A DNA stretch of 49,703 bases, filler included. It is 13 parts of 13 records of this genome, joined end to end, with 100 filler letters (N's around TTAATTAATTAA, not from the genome) between each part and the next. Parts side by side here need not be neighbours in the genome. Positions count along the whole stretch, not along the records: positions 11,864 to 15,019 come from SRR15195285_25483; positions 15,120 to 18,822 come from SRR15195285_25787; positions 18,923 to 22,153 come from SRR15195285_26202; positions 22,254 to 25,406 come from SRR15195285_26949; 9 more parts are not named here. One strand, 5' to 3'. Made by a program: the position numbers and the translations under genes. This document shows, piece by piece, positions 11,864-22,775 of this stretch (its first letter is position 1; each line of letters opens with the position of its first letter). The notes under the pieces are model-generated. The model did not search any database and had not been told where the DNA came from. It saw nothing but the letters and a program-made list of their open reading frames with translations.

Positions 11864-12694
11864 CGATTGTCACCTTGCCACCACCCTTTTGTCGCCAACT
11901 CGTCGCGCGCGCGCTCGATCCACGGAGGCGCCCGTACATGATACTTGGTCAAGCACTACCGTGTACAGCTGTACACTGTGAAACTCTACTGTACCGGTAC
12001 AGTACTGGTACGGTATCACTTATCAGCTGAGAAATATTCGTGGTGAGGCCGGGCTGGCTCTAGAGAGCGGAGCGATCCTCTCCATTTCCTGTACAGCGGT
12101 CCGACGCCAGGAAGTCGTATTCACAACTGCCATTAATGGCCATCAAGTCGTGAAATTGAGGTTCAATTGAATCAAAATCCACGAGTTAGCACGACTGTCA
12201 AATACGAGTTCTCGGCGTGGACGGCCAGCCAACTGGTCCACGGCCATTCAACTTGCTGATGAGACCATCACATTCTGACATACGTATGATACCGCCACGA
12301 CGATTTAGAGTAAAATTGAGTATAAAATGCATCACAGCATTGAAATTTCATACGGCCGCCGGTGCGGAACGCCTGCATCGCCGCGCACGCGCGCAACCGC
12401 GGTCCGCGCCCCGGCGGCGCGCACTCGGCTCCGCCCGGGCGTCGTCGTCGGACAGCAAGGGAGGCCATCTATGTGCGTGCCATGCGGGTGCTGAAGCGAG
12501 AGCCTCTCACTGCAGGACGTGCAGCATCGGGACGCTTAGACGGGCTAAGCGAGCACGGGTGAGGAGAGCGTCGCCGACGTGGCGGTTGCCACGCCGGCCG
12601 CGAGCATACAAGTATGTATGTGCGGAAGCGTTCGGATGTGCGCGACACGCCGCGGGTACGGAGCGCCGGCGCTCTTCGGAGCGTGAGACGAAGG

Positions 12695-13651
12695 ATGATG
12701 TCGCCATTTGGTGGCCACTTCATAGTGCTCCTGCTCGGTGTGCTCGCCGGGCTACCTGGTGCCGTGGTCTGCCCGCAACCAGGTGCTGTTGCGAACACTG
12801 CCGCTACGTTCACCGGCTTCTGGGAAGTTGTGCTGGAGGACCCCAACATGCTCGCCATGATTTACTCCGATCCCACAACCATGTCACCCCCTCTTGCTTT
12901 GGTGCCGAGTGGCAGTGTGCTGCGTGGGGTGGAGGACTGGTGCGCGCCATACAGCCAGTTAGCAGAGCTGCTTGCGCTGATTCTAAATTGAGCCGACATC
13001 GCCCTGGTTTTCGATTCGCACAGGCAATCTCGTGGACACGGGAAAGCCCGCTCGGATAATGAAGGCTCAGTATGGCAGCGGGTGGTACTACCAGTCGTGA
13101 TGGGTGCTCTGCATGATGAGAGCACACCAAAGTTCGGCTGGGCACTGCAGCTCCACGCCGATGGAGTGGCCTACTTGCGCCCGACAACTGATCAGCGGCT
13201 GCATGTTTCTCTGCCCCAAGATACATTTGAAGATGCCGAAATTGTGCTTGACCCAAATACTGGTGAACATGTCATCCACCAACTGCAAAACAGTCAGTAC
13301 GTGGACTCGCAGCAGCAGTATCAAGTGCAAATGCAGGTGCAGATCAATGAGCAAGAGCCCTCACCTGGCGGTTGGGGTTGGCCAGCGATAGGCTTTATGC
13401 CGGCAGATGACGCGTACGCCGGGTTCGGGGCATTTCCGTGGGAGCCGCAAGTCTACTTACATGATGAACAAGACGTGGCGACAACCGAGTGTGCACCTGC
13501 GCTGTGCATTATGTGGTGGATGCTTGGTTTGCGACAATGGCTGCATTTGGTTGGTCACGGGAGTACAAGGCCATTGCTAGTGGCCAGTGTGGCTAGTACC
13601 ACGCCGAAAAAGCGGCAACGAACGCTCAGGAGTCAGAGTTGTGACGAATGA
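12695..13651 (+). CDS. Putative secreted protein with an SH3-like segment (2 or more exons)
   Basis: Hydrophobic N-terminus (FIVLLLGVLAGLPGA). Intron 12940-13023 (GTGCGC..GCACAG) joins the two ORFs in frame: LALVPSGSVLRGVEDW|QSRG..VWQRV..FGWALQ..YLRP. The 3' end is uncertain. Confidence 0.6.
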
Positions 13652-13686
13652 ACACTGTGCGGTAGTCATTTCAGTACACGAGATCT

Positions 13687-15019
13687 TCACAAGGCAGCGG
13701 TCATGCCTGAACCCGACAAGGGCGCCTCTATCTCACGCACGAGCTGGTGTATCAGACCGTTGATTCGTGCTTCGATACCAGCCGCAAAGACAGCAGGATG
13801 CCGATACTCAAGCATACCTTCCGTACCCTCGTAGTGGCCCTCTCGCAGTACTCTCTCGGACGGGACGTAGGACAACAGCTCATTGTTGTATCCGGACACC
13901 CAGGTATTTTGCCACCCAAGTTCTGACTTGAATCGCAGCGCATAATCCACCACAGGTTCCCCTGTGAGCGCAACAAAACGAAGCTGCTGGCCCAGGCGCC
14001 ACACGTGGGCGCGGTACGGCACGGCGGTGGCGAGCTGGCCACCAATCGTGTCAGTGAAGAGTCGAGGGCTCCGCATCGGGTCAGGCTCGACGTCATCCAG
14101 CAGGTCAAGCTGATAGCGCAACTGCCGGCGCTCTGCAGATCCCTCTGCGGTAGACGCGAGCTGCTTTACTAGCTCGTGTCGAGAAGGCGGAGTTTCAAAC
14201 GGCAGTGTACACTCGCCGTAGCAGGACTCCAGAGATGGCGCGAGGACAATCGATGAATAGACCCCAGAGGCGCCCGCGCCATGCTCGGCCTCTTCTTCGG
14301 GAGCCGTGAGGACTTCGTTGACTGCAGCTGCCAAGATTACGCCATACATTCGGCCGAGCTCGCCAGCGGGGTCGAGACGAGGCAGCGGGTTGCAGTCGGC
14401 ACCACAGCCGGCAATGAACAACGCCACAGCGCCCGGGTGCGCAGCTTCCACAGCAGCGCAGGCATGCCCACAATAGTCACCGTTGACTTTCTCGTCGTTG
14501 ATCGCGGTGGCGTGGCAGCTGTACCCGAACAAACACCCGATCAGACCTCCGCTATTGTCGTCACGAATCGACAGTACTGGCACGTCCTGATCAACAACGG
14601 TTGGTAGCTGGCGAGTCTCGTTGCCGCGTGACCGGCGGCGATTGACAGCAAACCCGCACAAGCTTTGTCCCCACGAAACACGAGCTGGCGCAAGAGTGGC
14701 GATTGCTTCGCTGATAGCGGCGCGAACACGCTCCTCAAGCAGCACAGTATACCGTCCGATGGTATCGTATTCGCCGTCGCTGAGGTCGTGGTACAGTGGC
14801 AACGTGTCTTCAAAGACTGGCCCACTGTGGTTGTGGCTGCAGTTGAGAACGAGCTGACTTCGCTGCATCCCGTGCTCCGCCTTTGCCCAGGACACCAGCC
14901 GCTCCACCATGCTGCCAGAGAACCCGCACAGATCCGCAGAGACGATCACGTGCACCAATGACTCGCCCGCCGCGAACGCCGCGGCCTTGGCCCATATGTC
15001 CATTGACACACCCTGGCTG
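13687..15019 (-). CDS. Neutral/alkaline non-lysosomal ceramidase-like metallo-amidohydrolase, bacterial type; 5' partial
   Basis: SHNHSGP, FAVNRR, VDQDVPVL, GYSCHAT, GDYCG, GCGADCNP, GEPVVDY, GYNN..YVP..GHYEG. No introns; the frame is open to the contig end. Confidence 0.85.
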
Positions 15020-15119
15020 NNNNNNNNNNNNNNNNNNNNNNNNNNNNNNNNNNNNNNNNNNNNTTAATTAATTAANNNNNNNNNNNNNNNNNNNNNNNNN
15101 NNNNNNNNNNNNNNNNNNN
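15020..15119. other. Artificial contig spacer
   Basis: N44-TTAATTAATTAA-N44. Confidence 0.99.
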
Positions 15120-15457
15120 TCATATCGGACCCACCTTTCGCCTTTTACTTAAGATGGCCGTGAAAGCATGACATTACGGACACTTACGTTTTTCTGCGAC
15201 ACGCATCGTGTCTATTCGTCTGTCATCCGGCCGACGACCCAACCCGCGAGGGGCTCTGTGTCATCCCTTTGCGACCCACCAATGAGACAACTACCGTTAT
15301 TATCACTGTGGGCAGTTACTTACGGAAAACAACTGTTCGCTTGGCACATGTACCAGGGCTGTTGGCTTCGGTGCACGCGTATGTTTCTGACAAAGGGTAA
15401 AAAGGCTTTTTGCCTAGATGGAACGGGGGGTTTTATACAAGGAGGTTAACGACTTGA

Positions 15458-18400
15458 TTAGGGCCGCAAGCTACCGTTCCTAAACGTCACTTGGCTATCG
15501 CTCCTGTCGACGGCCAGGGCATTGGTCTGCATACCGCCCGGCCCAGCCTCTTGGTGCTCCACGTACCCACGTGCGACCGCTGCCGCCTCAAACTGCCCAC
15601 CCTCGCCATCTAAGGGGCCGAGCTTCATCCGCTTCTTACGGCACAGGACCACCGCGACCACAAGCAACAGCACAACCACCGCACCCGCGACTGCCGCCAT
15701 CACCAGAGACGCAAAGGAGACGTCAGCGCTGTCCCCAGTCTGGGTCTGGTCGCCTGGTGCATCAGCGCCCGGCTCGCTGGAGGTTGAGGACAGACGTGGC
15801 GGCGGCGCTGGCGGTGGCAACGTTGCGTCTACCACTACCAGTGCGGTGGCCGGGATCTCTTCGCCTACCACCATCATAGTTCCCGCGGAGAGCGCAAACT
15901 GAAGCTGAGCGATGGCAGCTTCTGACGAAGACCCGATAGAATCATCCGATGCCGGCTCGGCGATATGAAAAGTCACCACAACAGAGCCTTGTCGTACACC
16001 GTCGATCACTACGCGTGCCCACACCACGTTTGCGGCCCGCGCCACATCTGACCTGAATGCACGTTCAAATGCGTATCTCTCTGCCGTATTTGGTGCGATA
16101 CTTGCCATATCCACAGCCATAGTGAGCTCCAGCTGCACCGGCGAAGCTGCAGTGGGTGCATCGCGGCGATCGGTTCCGCACACGTTGCGCAGCTCGACAA
16201 GCTCAGCTCTCTCCGACCTCCTGTGATAATCAATCATGTTAGTGTGGCTTCAGCAGCACGTAGGTCATGCAAGGCCATAACTTACGGCAACAGACGCGAA
16301 GTCGAACAGTCGATCAGCTCCATCACGCAGGGATCTGCACACAGCTCCTCCCGGTATTCTATCAGCTCCGCTAGATCACCGGCCTCCAATTCTGTGCAGA
16401 CACCCTCACAAGCAAGCACGCCATGGCACTGATCGTCCACCTGCAAGCATAGTGGCGGGCACAAGCTGTCGTCCTCTGCGTCCTCTAGACACTGGCAGCA
16501 AACACTTGGGTTGAACAACTCATGACGGGCGCCGAAAGTGTCGAGACAAACTTGAGGGGGCGCGTCGCAGTTGTAGTACGGCATCAGGTTCCTCTCCTCT
16601 CTGCCAAGACATGCCAATTGGAATCTCCGTTAGTATCTGGTACCAAATTTGGCTCAACAGAGTAGGTGCGCAGACACGCCAGAAGCAGGGACACTGAGCG
16701 GAGACGAAATAGTCCGCCGCCGCTTACCTCGCTTCCAGTTCTTCGATCTCATCGATATCTTCCAGCTCCGACTCGTCGCAGAGAGCGGACGCCTGCCTCA
16801 GACTGCAAACACCGTCACCGGCCACACCCGGCGCACCTTCTGGCTCATTGCAGATTCCTTGAAGCATCAGTACGCTCTCTCGATCATCTGCTAACGCCGG
16901 GGACTCTGCGCAGTCCATCATCTCTAGACCACAGTCGCTGGCGCAAAAGCAGTCCATGTCTTCCTCGCACGCCTCGTCGTCTTGACCGTCGTCACACAGC
17001 TCGAACAGCGCACGCACATCGCAGACGCCGTCGCCAGGGCCGGTGGCATCGGCAGGCGCTGGAGCGCACAAGGGCCCCAGTGCAGCGATGCCTGCAGCTT
17101 CTTGCGCGCCCATCATTCTTATTAGCACCGGGTCGCTGCTGCAAGGAATCAGGCTGTTGATGCACAGGTCTTCGCACAGCTCGTCAATGTCAATGTCTCC
17201 GTCTCCATTGTTGGAAAACATGTCTGGAGTGGCACCCGCACAGTTCACCATCAGAGCACCAGTATCGCATGCTGGACCAGTTTGCTGAGACAGGTCGGTG
17301 CCATCTGCACAGGCGGGTTCCGAGCCGTCGGGACAGCCGAACCGTCCCGGTCTGTCACCGGCTGAGCAGGCCGGTCGCGAGCCATCGTCGCACCGAACTA
17401 AGGCACCAGCCGCGCTACCCCTCCCACCAGCTCGACCGCCTCTGCTGCCGCCGCCGCCGCCGCCGCCTCTGCCGCCGCCGCCTCTGCCGCCGTCACTGCC
17501 GTCTGTGCGACCACCCGCTGAACAGCTGACATCGGACGGCACCACAGGATTGCCGGCCGGATCAGTCTGACGCGGCTGCCCGTCCAAGCAGCAGTCTTCA
17601 GTATCGGTGCCACGGTCGCAATATAGCGGTTCATCGCACTCATTATCACCTGCATACGGACACGCACAGTCGGTCGTGTCCGTGCCTCGGGGGCAAACAC
17701 CTGTCGGCTCATCGCAGTCGCTGTCATTGGCCCAGGGGCACGAGTCCGGACCTGGCGGCGCACAGTCGTCACCACAGCAGACATTCGCCGCGATCACGGT
17801 TCTACCAGCTGGGTCTACCGGCCTGGGCTCCCCGTTCACGCAGCAGTCGGCAGTGTCGGTGCCGGCTGGGCAAATTGCATTCTCGTCACACTCGTCATCG
17901 TTCGTGTACTGGCAGTATGGGGAGTCGTCGCCCCCTGGCTGCGAGTCGCCGGCCGTGCCGTCCGCGCCCCCACCAGCCGGGCGCGTGGGGGGCTCGGTAG
18001 CACACGCGCACGGGCAAAGTGACGCTACGTCAAGCCCTTCTGGGATTGTCGACGTATCGATCTGCTGGCCGGCCACCACCAGGGCCGCCACCACTGCCGG
18101 GCGGGTAAGTAGCTCGTCCAGCTCCGTACGAGCGTCGGCGGTGCAGTCCCGGTCGTTCGCTCCGCGCAGCAGGCGCACGGCCCGGTCACAAATGGCGTGC
18201 TCGACGCCAGGGTCCACGGCGAGCAAGTTCTGTGGGTCCTCTTCGCACGCCACGCCGTCGTCCGGGCCGTCCGCTCCCCCTCCTTCGCCTGCACGTGCCG
18301 CGAGGAAGCAAATCGCGTTCGAGGCACAGTCGGGGTCGAGGCAGTCGATGAGCGCATCCCCGTCGTCATCGATCTGATTCAAGCACAGCAGCCCCGTCTC

Positions 18401-18478
18401 CGTCCCCTGCCCGCGGACAAGCGACGCCGCCCCGAGCACCGCCGCACACGCAGCGACGAAGGCATCTGGGCGCCGCAT
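15458..18478 (-). CDS. Cys/Asp-rich type I membrane protein (3 exons)
   Basis: Exons 18478-16728, 16600-16286, 16220-15458 with GTAAG donors and a CTAAC branch point. Signal peptide MRRPDAFVAACAAVLGAASLVRG; CLNQIDDDGDALIDCLDPDC; three CxYxxDxECDExxxCxxGTDTxDC-type repeats; SEA-like VRQGSVVVTF; TM followed by RKKR. Confidence 0.85.
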
Positions 18479-18822
18479 CACGCTCAGCTCACCCAGCCAG
18501 CTGCAAACAAATGCGTCCAAAAACTCCCAGAGCGCTCTCCCTCTCCTGACCAGATGAGCCGCCGCAGCAATCAGCCCCGTCTCCACGGGCGTGTCCACGT
18601 CGAGGCACGCCACGCCACGCCCCCGTTCCTCCAGCTGTCCCTGTAGGACACCCCCACCGCCTCCTTGCTCGACTTGCACTTTTCCGCTCACGGCGTTCGG
18701 GCCGCTCCCTGCCTGCCTCCCGACCAGCGAAAAATCATGGAAATCAGTCTTGATCTGGACTACAATTGTAGTGAATATCGGTGTCATACCGGTATGCTCT
18801 TAGCTCTAGAGAAAAGTTTACT

Positions 18823-18922
18823 NNNNNNNNNNNNNNNNNNNNNNNNNNNNNNNNNNNNNNNNNNNNTTAATTAATTAANNNNNNNNNNNNNNNNNNNNNN
18901 NNNNNNNNNNNNNNNNNNNNNN
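18823..18922. other. Artificial contig spacer
   Basis: N44-TTAATTAATTAA-N44. Confidence 0.99.
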
Positions 18923-18952
18923 ACGGCATACTTGTTTAGTGTAGATGAGAAC
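18923..18952 (+). repeat. 30-bp terminal inverted repeat, left copy
   Basis: ACGGCATACTTGTTTAGTGTAGATGAGAAC, the exact reverse complement of 22124-22153. Confidence 0.97.
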
Positions 18953-18964
18953 CAATCGCCAAGC

Positions 18965-20979
18965 ATGAAGGCGCGCATGGCCCAGGCGGTCAAGGGAAGC
19001 GCCATCGTGGAGCCGACGAAGCGTTGGCACGAAGATGGCAAAGGTGCGACACCATGCCACGTTGCATCTTTGCGTGCCCAGCAAGCACAGTCTAGCGCAA
19101 ATAAATACATGTGGGCGAGGGGGACCGCGTTTGGCGTCAACGGCTCCTGCCAGCTGCTCCTGCTAGCTGCTCGCGCCAGCTGCACTGCCTTGCTGCTGGG
19201 CGCTGACAGCACGTGGCGCGCAGGCTACGAGATCATGGAGCGCATCCTCAAGCCGCTGGTCGGAGTCTTCGACGATGTCATGCAGGAGCTGCACGACTCA
19301 CGCGTGCCGGACGTTGGACGCGAAGAGGAAGACGCGTTCATGAGCAAGGCAGTCCAGTACATTCGCCAGTACATCCTGTCAGACCGCGTCACCATGCGCT
19401 AGTGCGTCCGACAACCGCACCGCATCCACGTTTTCCGTTCATGTATGAGTTCGCCGCAGCTAACACTCTTCCCGTTCGCAGCCTGACAGAGAAGGAGGCC
19501 CTCAGCGGACTGATCACAGCTCTCACTGTCGGCGAGCTCGATCCGCCCACAGGCCCGCTCCCGTCCGGCCGCAAGCGTTCCTTCGTTACCAGCCTGATCT
19601 TGAGCACCTCACCGTTCATCGCTGTGATCGAGAAGAGCCCGCCGATGCTGCAGCAGCTGCTGTTGACGCACGACCACCGCGTGCTCGACATTGACGACAC
19701 CTTGTGCCACAACGTTGCCCGCGTGCTGACGTCGCTCATCGAGTCCAAGAACTCTGCTATTGGCCTGCTCAGCTACGCGAAGGCCAACCGCCCTCTGGTT
19801 GCCAAGAAGTTCTTCAGCTCTATGGACTGCGACGCAATGCTGTTCATCTACCTTGAGATGATCGGCGCGTCAGAGGACAAGCGCCTTGACGACCTTGAGG
19901 GGTACTGCCGGGATTTCGAGATCATGAACACTCTGCTGGAGATGCTTGCCACCTCAGCCAACGACGCTGTCATCAAAAATCTCCTCGAAGCCATCGTCAC
20001 AGTCTCATCGTGCTTCGCGGACAAGACCGCGACACTGACTGCGCTGGTCTCGAAGCGTGCCGTCAGCGCCGTTGTCTCGTCAGCGGTGAAGGCCACTGCC
20101 GCCAGCGGCACGGTCTGTCGCCTGGCTGCGCTGACTCACCTGGCTATCCTCGAGACCGGATGTGTGACCGGTGCCGTCGCCGACCAGCTGCCGGCAATCC
20201 GCTCTATGCTCGGCCAGGCCCCGAGCTCATACGCGGAAGAGCGCAAGCATGAAGTATTTGAGCAGCCAGTTGGCTCGATGCGCATTGCTGTGATCGAGCT
20301 GCTCGTAGCGTTCATTGACAAGACGCGCGACCCGGCCGTTGAGGCCCAGCTGCCTAGTCTGATCGAGGAGGTCATGGTGTTCTTCTGCGAGCACACGAAG
20401 AACGACTTCATTGGCATCGAGATGGTGCAGCTCGTGCGCCGTGTGCTGGCCTCCAACATCAAACCGCGCATCATTGACGGCTTGCTTAGCATGCGCGTCC
20501 TTGAGTCGATGCGCTGCGCCATCGAGCAGGTGTCCAACATCTGGGAGCTTGGGCACATGCGCTGCATTGTCTCCGACTTGCTAGCGAAGAAGGATGATGA
20601 CACAACAGTGCGCGCGCGCATGGAGAGCTACAGCGAGTGGGACGCTTTGCACAAGCTGATGCTGGACATGAAGGATGCTAAGGTCATTGCAATCCGGCAC
20701 AAGCGCCGGCGCGGCGAGGCTGCTGCTAGCGCAGAAGAGCAGGATGGTGTTGCACTCCCCGTGTCCCCGCTGTCCCCGCTGGCAGCTGGAGCGTTGCACA
20801 AGGTCATGTGCAACGGCCAGGTGGTGCACGAGGATACCCCGCGAAAGGTGATGTATGTTACTGCGGCGCCAAGCAACGGCACAGGACAGCGCGTGCCGAC
20901 ACCTCAGGCAGGCGGTGCTGTGGCAGCTAGTGCCGGTGCAGCCGAGACAGAATCCAACCTTACCCGCGAGCTGTTCTGA
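18965..20979 (+). CDS. SAPS / PP6 regulatory subunit-like helical-repeat protein (3 exons)
   Basis: Exons 18965-19043, 19224-19401, 19482-20979 with GTGCG donors and CTGAC/CTAAC branch points. PVGSMRIAVIELL, FFCEHTKNDFI and ELGHMRCI resemble the SAPS motifs PLG..RL..VEL, FF.Y.WNNFLH and YMGHL..I. Gene is clear; family call is moderate. Confidence 0.7.
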
Positions 20980-21658
20980 AGTAAATGGCTCCGATCGTCA
21001 GCAGCAATAAGCTGCGTGACTGAGAGGTAGATGGTCAAGTCAAGATAAGGAGGTAGTCGTAGAAGTGGTCGTGTCGTGTTCTGTCGTCGGTATTCTTGCT
21101 GGCTACGGCTGGTCGTGGCGAAAAGTCGCATAATACATTATAATGTCTTAATGGTTCTATCATTTGATTCGTTTTCTTACTTCTTTTCGTGTCTGCCATT
21201 TCTCACCATTATCATATCATCCAGCCATCGTTTTCCCATCTTGTATGAATGGGTCCGGACAGCCTGCGTTGCCTGGACCGCGCCAGTAGTCGCAGTTCGG
21301 AATCAGTTGCAGCTCGGTCTAGTCGTAGTCCTCGAAATGTACGACCATCACGTCCCCATCCCGATCCCGCTGGTGCTCGCAAAGTGAACGCCACGGGCGA
21401 CGTTTCAGAAACAGCGATCCTGCACTTCGTGGCCAGCTGCAGGCATTAGTCTGGTAGTTCGAGTATCGGCAAATGCTTAACGAGACGGGCGAGGTATGCA
21501 TTAGTGAGTTAAATCCTGTGCAGTGGCGATCAGATCACTGTTGCTGGCTGTGTGAAACCATGTGGGTACAATCCTGTAAACACATAATGCCAAAACAATT
21601 AATTGTTCAACTATGAGTAGAGACTTTCGCATCCATTCCATTGATTCCCTGAACCACA

Positions 21659-22123
21659 CTATGAGAGGTACCCATCTCGCTTCAATCTGTTAAGCTCTGC
21701 CTCTGTCCAGCCAACCTGTTCTGCCTGGCGGAGTGCCCGCACCTGATGCTCAAGCGCCAGGCGACCCGCGCCCATCAAAGCCGGATCAGCCAATTGCATC
21801 GTGAGAGCCTGCAGTTGCTGCTCTGCATGAGACCAACCAGCGCCACGCTTGCCAGGCGATTGCCTGTCGTTTTCATCACCCTCCTGTTCTGCCCTAGCCG
21901 TATTGTCTGCAACACCGTCCGCACCTACTCCATGTTGTTTACCTGGCGGCGGCTTTGGCACGTGCGTTTTGGCTGGTATGCCTACCACCGCTTCGATGAA
22001 GTGGCGAAGCTTGTGCATCTCCCAGTGGTCATGTGCCTCGTGGTGATGATCATGAGGTGCGTTCTCACCTGAATAGTCCGCGTAGGCAAATGTCTGCATA
22101 CCACTACCATTCTTCGTCTCTTC
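21659..22123 (-). CDS. Hypothetical protein, possibly a C-terminal fragment, His-rich
   Basis: Open frame from the right inverted repeat to TAG 21661-21659; HDHHHEAHDHWEMHKLRHFIEAVVG. Confidence 0.5.
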   Translation of the reverse strand, partial: EETKNGSGMQTFAYADYSGENAPHDHHHEAHDHWEMHKLRHFIEAVVGIPAKTHVPKPPPGKQHGVGADGVADNTARAEQEGDENDRQSPGKRGAGWSHAEQQLQALTMQLADPALMGAGRLALEHQVRALRQAEQVGWTEAELNRLKRDGYLS

Positions 22124-22153
22124 GTTCTCATCTACACTAAACAAGTATGCCGT
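22124..22153 (-). repeat. 30-bp terminal inverted repeat, right copy
   Basis: GTTCTCATCTACACTAAACAAGTATGCCGT on the + strand. Confidence 0.97.
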
Positions 22154-22253
22154 NNNNNNNNNNNNNNNNNNNNNNNNNNNNNNNNNNNNNNNNNNNNTTA
22201 ATTAATTAANNNNNNNNNNNNNNNNNNNNNNNNNNNNNNNNNNNNNNNNNNNN
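22154..22253. other. Artificial contig spacer
   Basis: N44-TTAATTAATTAA-N44. Confidence 0.99.
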
Positions 22254-22573
22254 CTGGGCAGCACGTTGCACCTGGGCAGCACGGCGCGCAAGTTGCAGGC
22301 GGTCCAGGAGGCCCTGGGGTGCAAGGAGCGCCTGGGACGACCGTGCGGCTGCGAGGCATCCCATTCCGAGCGCAGACTCAGGACATACACACATTTTTCA
22401 TTGGCTACAACTTCATTCCCGAGTCGTGCAGGATTGGGGCAGACGGTTCTGGCCGCCCGTCCGGCGATGCGTGGATCTCTTTCGCGACAGTGGAGGAAGC
22501 ATCGCGGGCGGTGATGCAGCGGAACAAGCAGCACTTAGGCAATCGTTATATCGAACTGTTCCAGCAAGACTGA
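22254..22573 (+). CDS. hnRNP F/H / ESRP-type quasi-RRM protein, C-terminal fragment
   Basis: VRLRGIPFRAQTQDIHTFF..GRPSGDAWISF..A..RNKQHLGNRYIELF; 5' end cut by the contig edge. Confidence 0.9.
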
Positions 22574-22775
22574 AAGTAAAGCGATCTGTCGACTATTTTT
22601 CGGACCTTCCGCCCGGCATCATCCCGTCCCACTCCAAGCGTCCATTTCATTTTGTGTCATTGCTACACCGCGACCTGGATACGAGAGCGTGCTGACAACC
22701 TTGATCTTGATGAGTGTCACCATCTTCACTCATGAGTCGCACTCTTCTTTCTATTGGTGGTAGCCGTCCCAACTT

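Noticed and set aside
12217-13059. 280-aa Arg/Ala-rich ORF
   Set aside because: Runs through a GC-rich upstream region and overlaps the better-supported spliced gene in another frame.
18479-18787. N-terminal extension of the 687-aa ORF
   Set aside because: The signal peptide starts at ATG 18478, so the upstream part looks like UTR or promoter.
21212-21501. Possible extra minus-strand exon after a CTAAT..CTGCAG acceptor
   Set aside because: No convincing donor or recognisable protein similarity.
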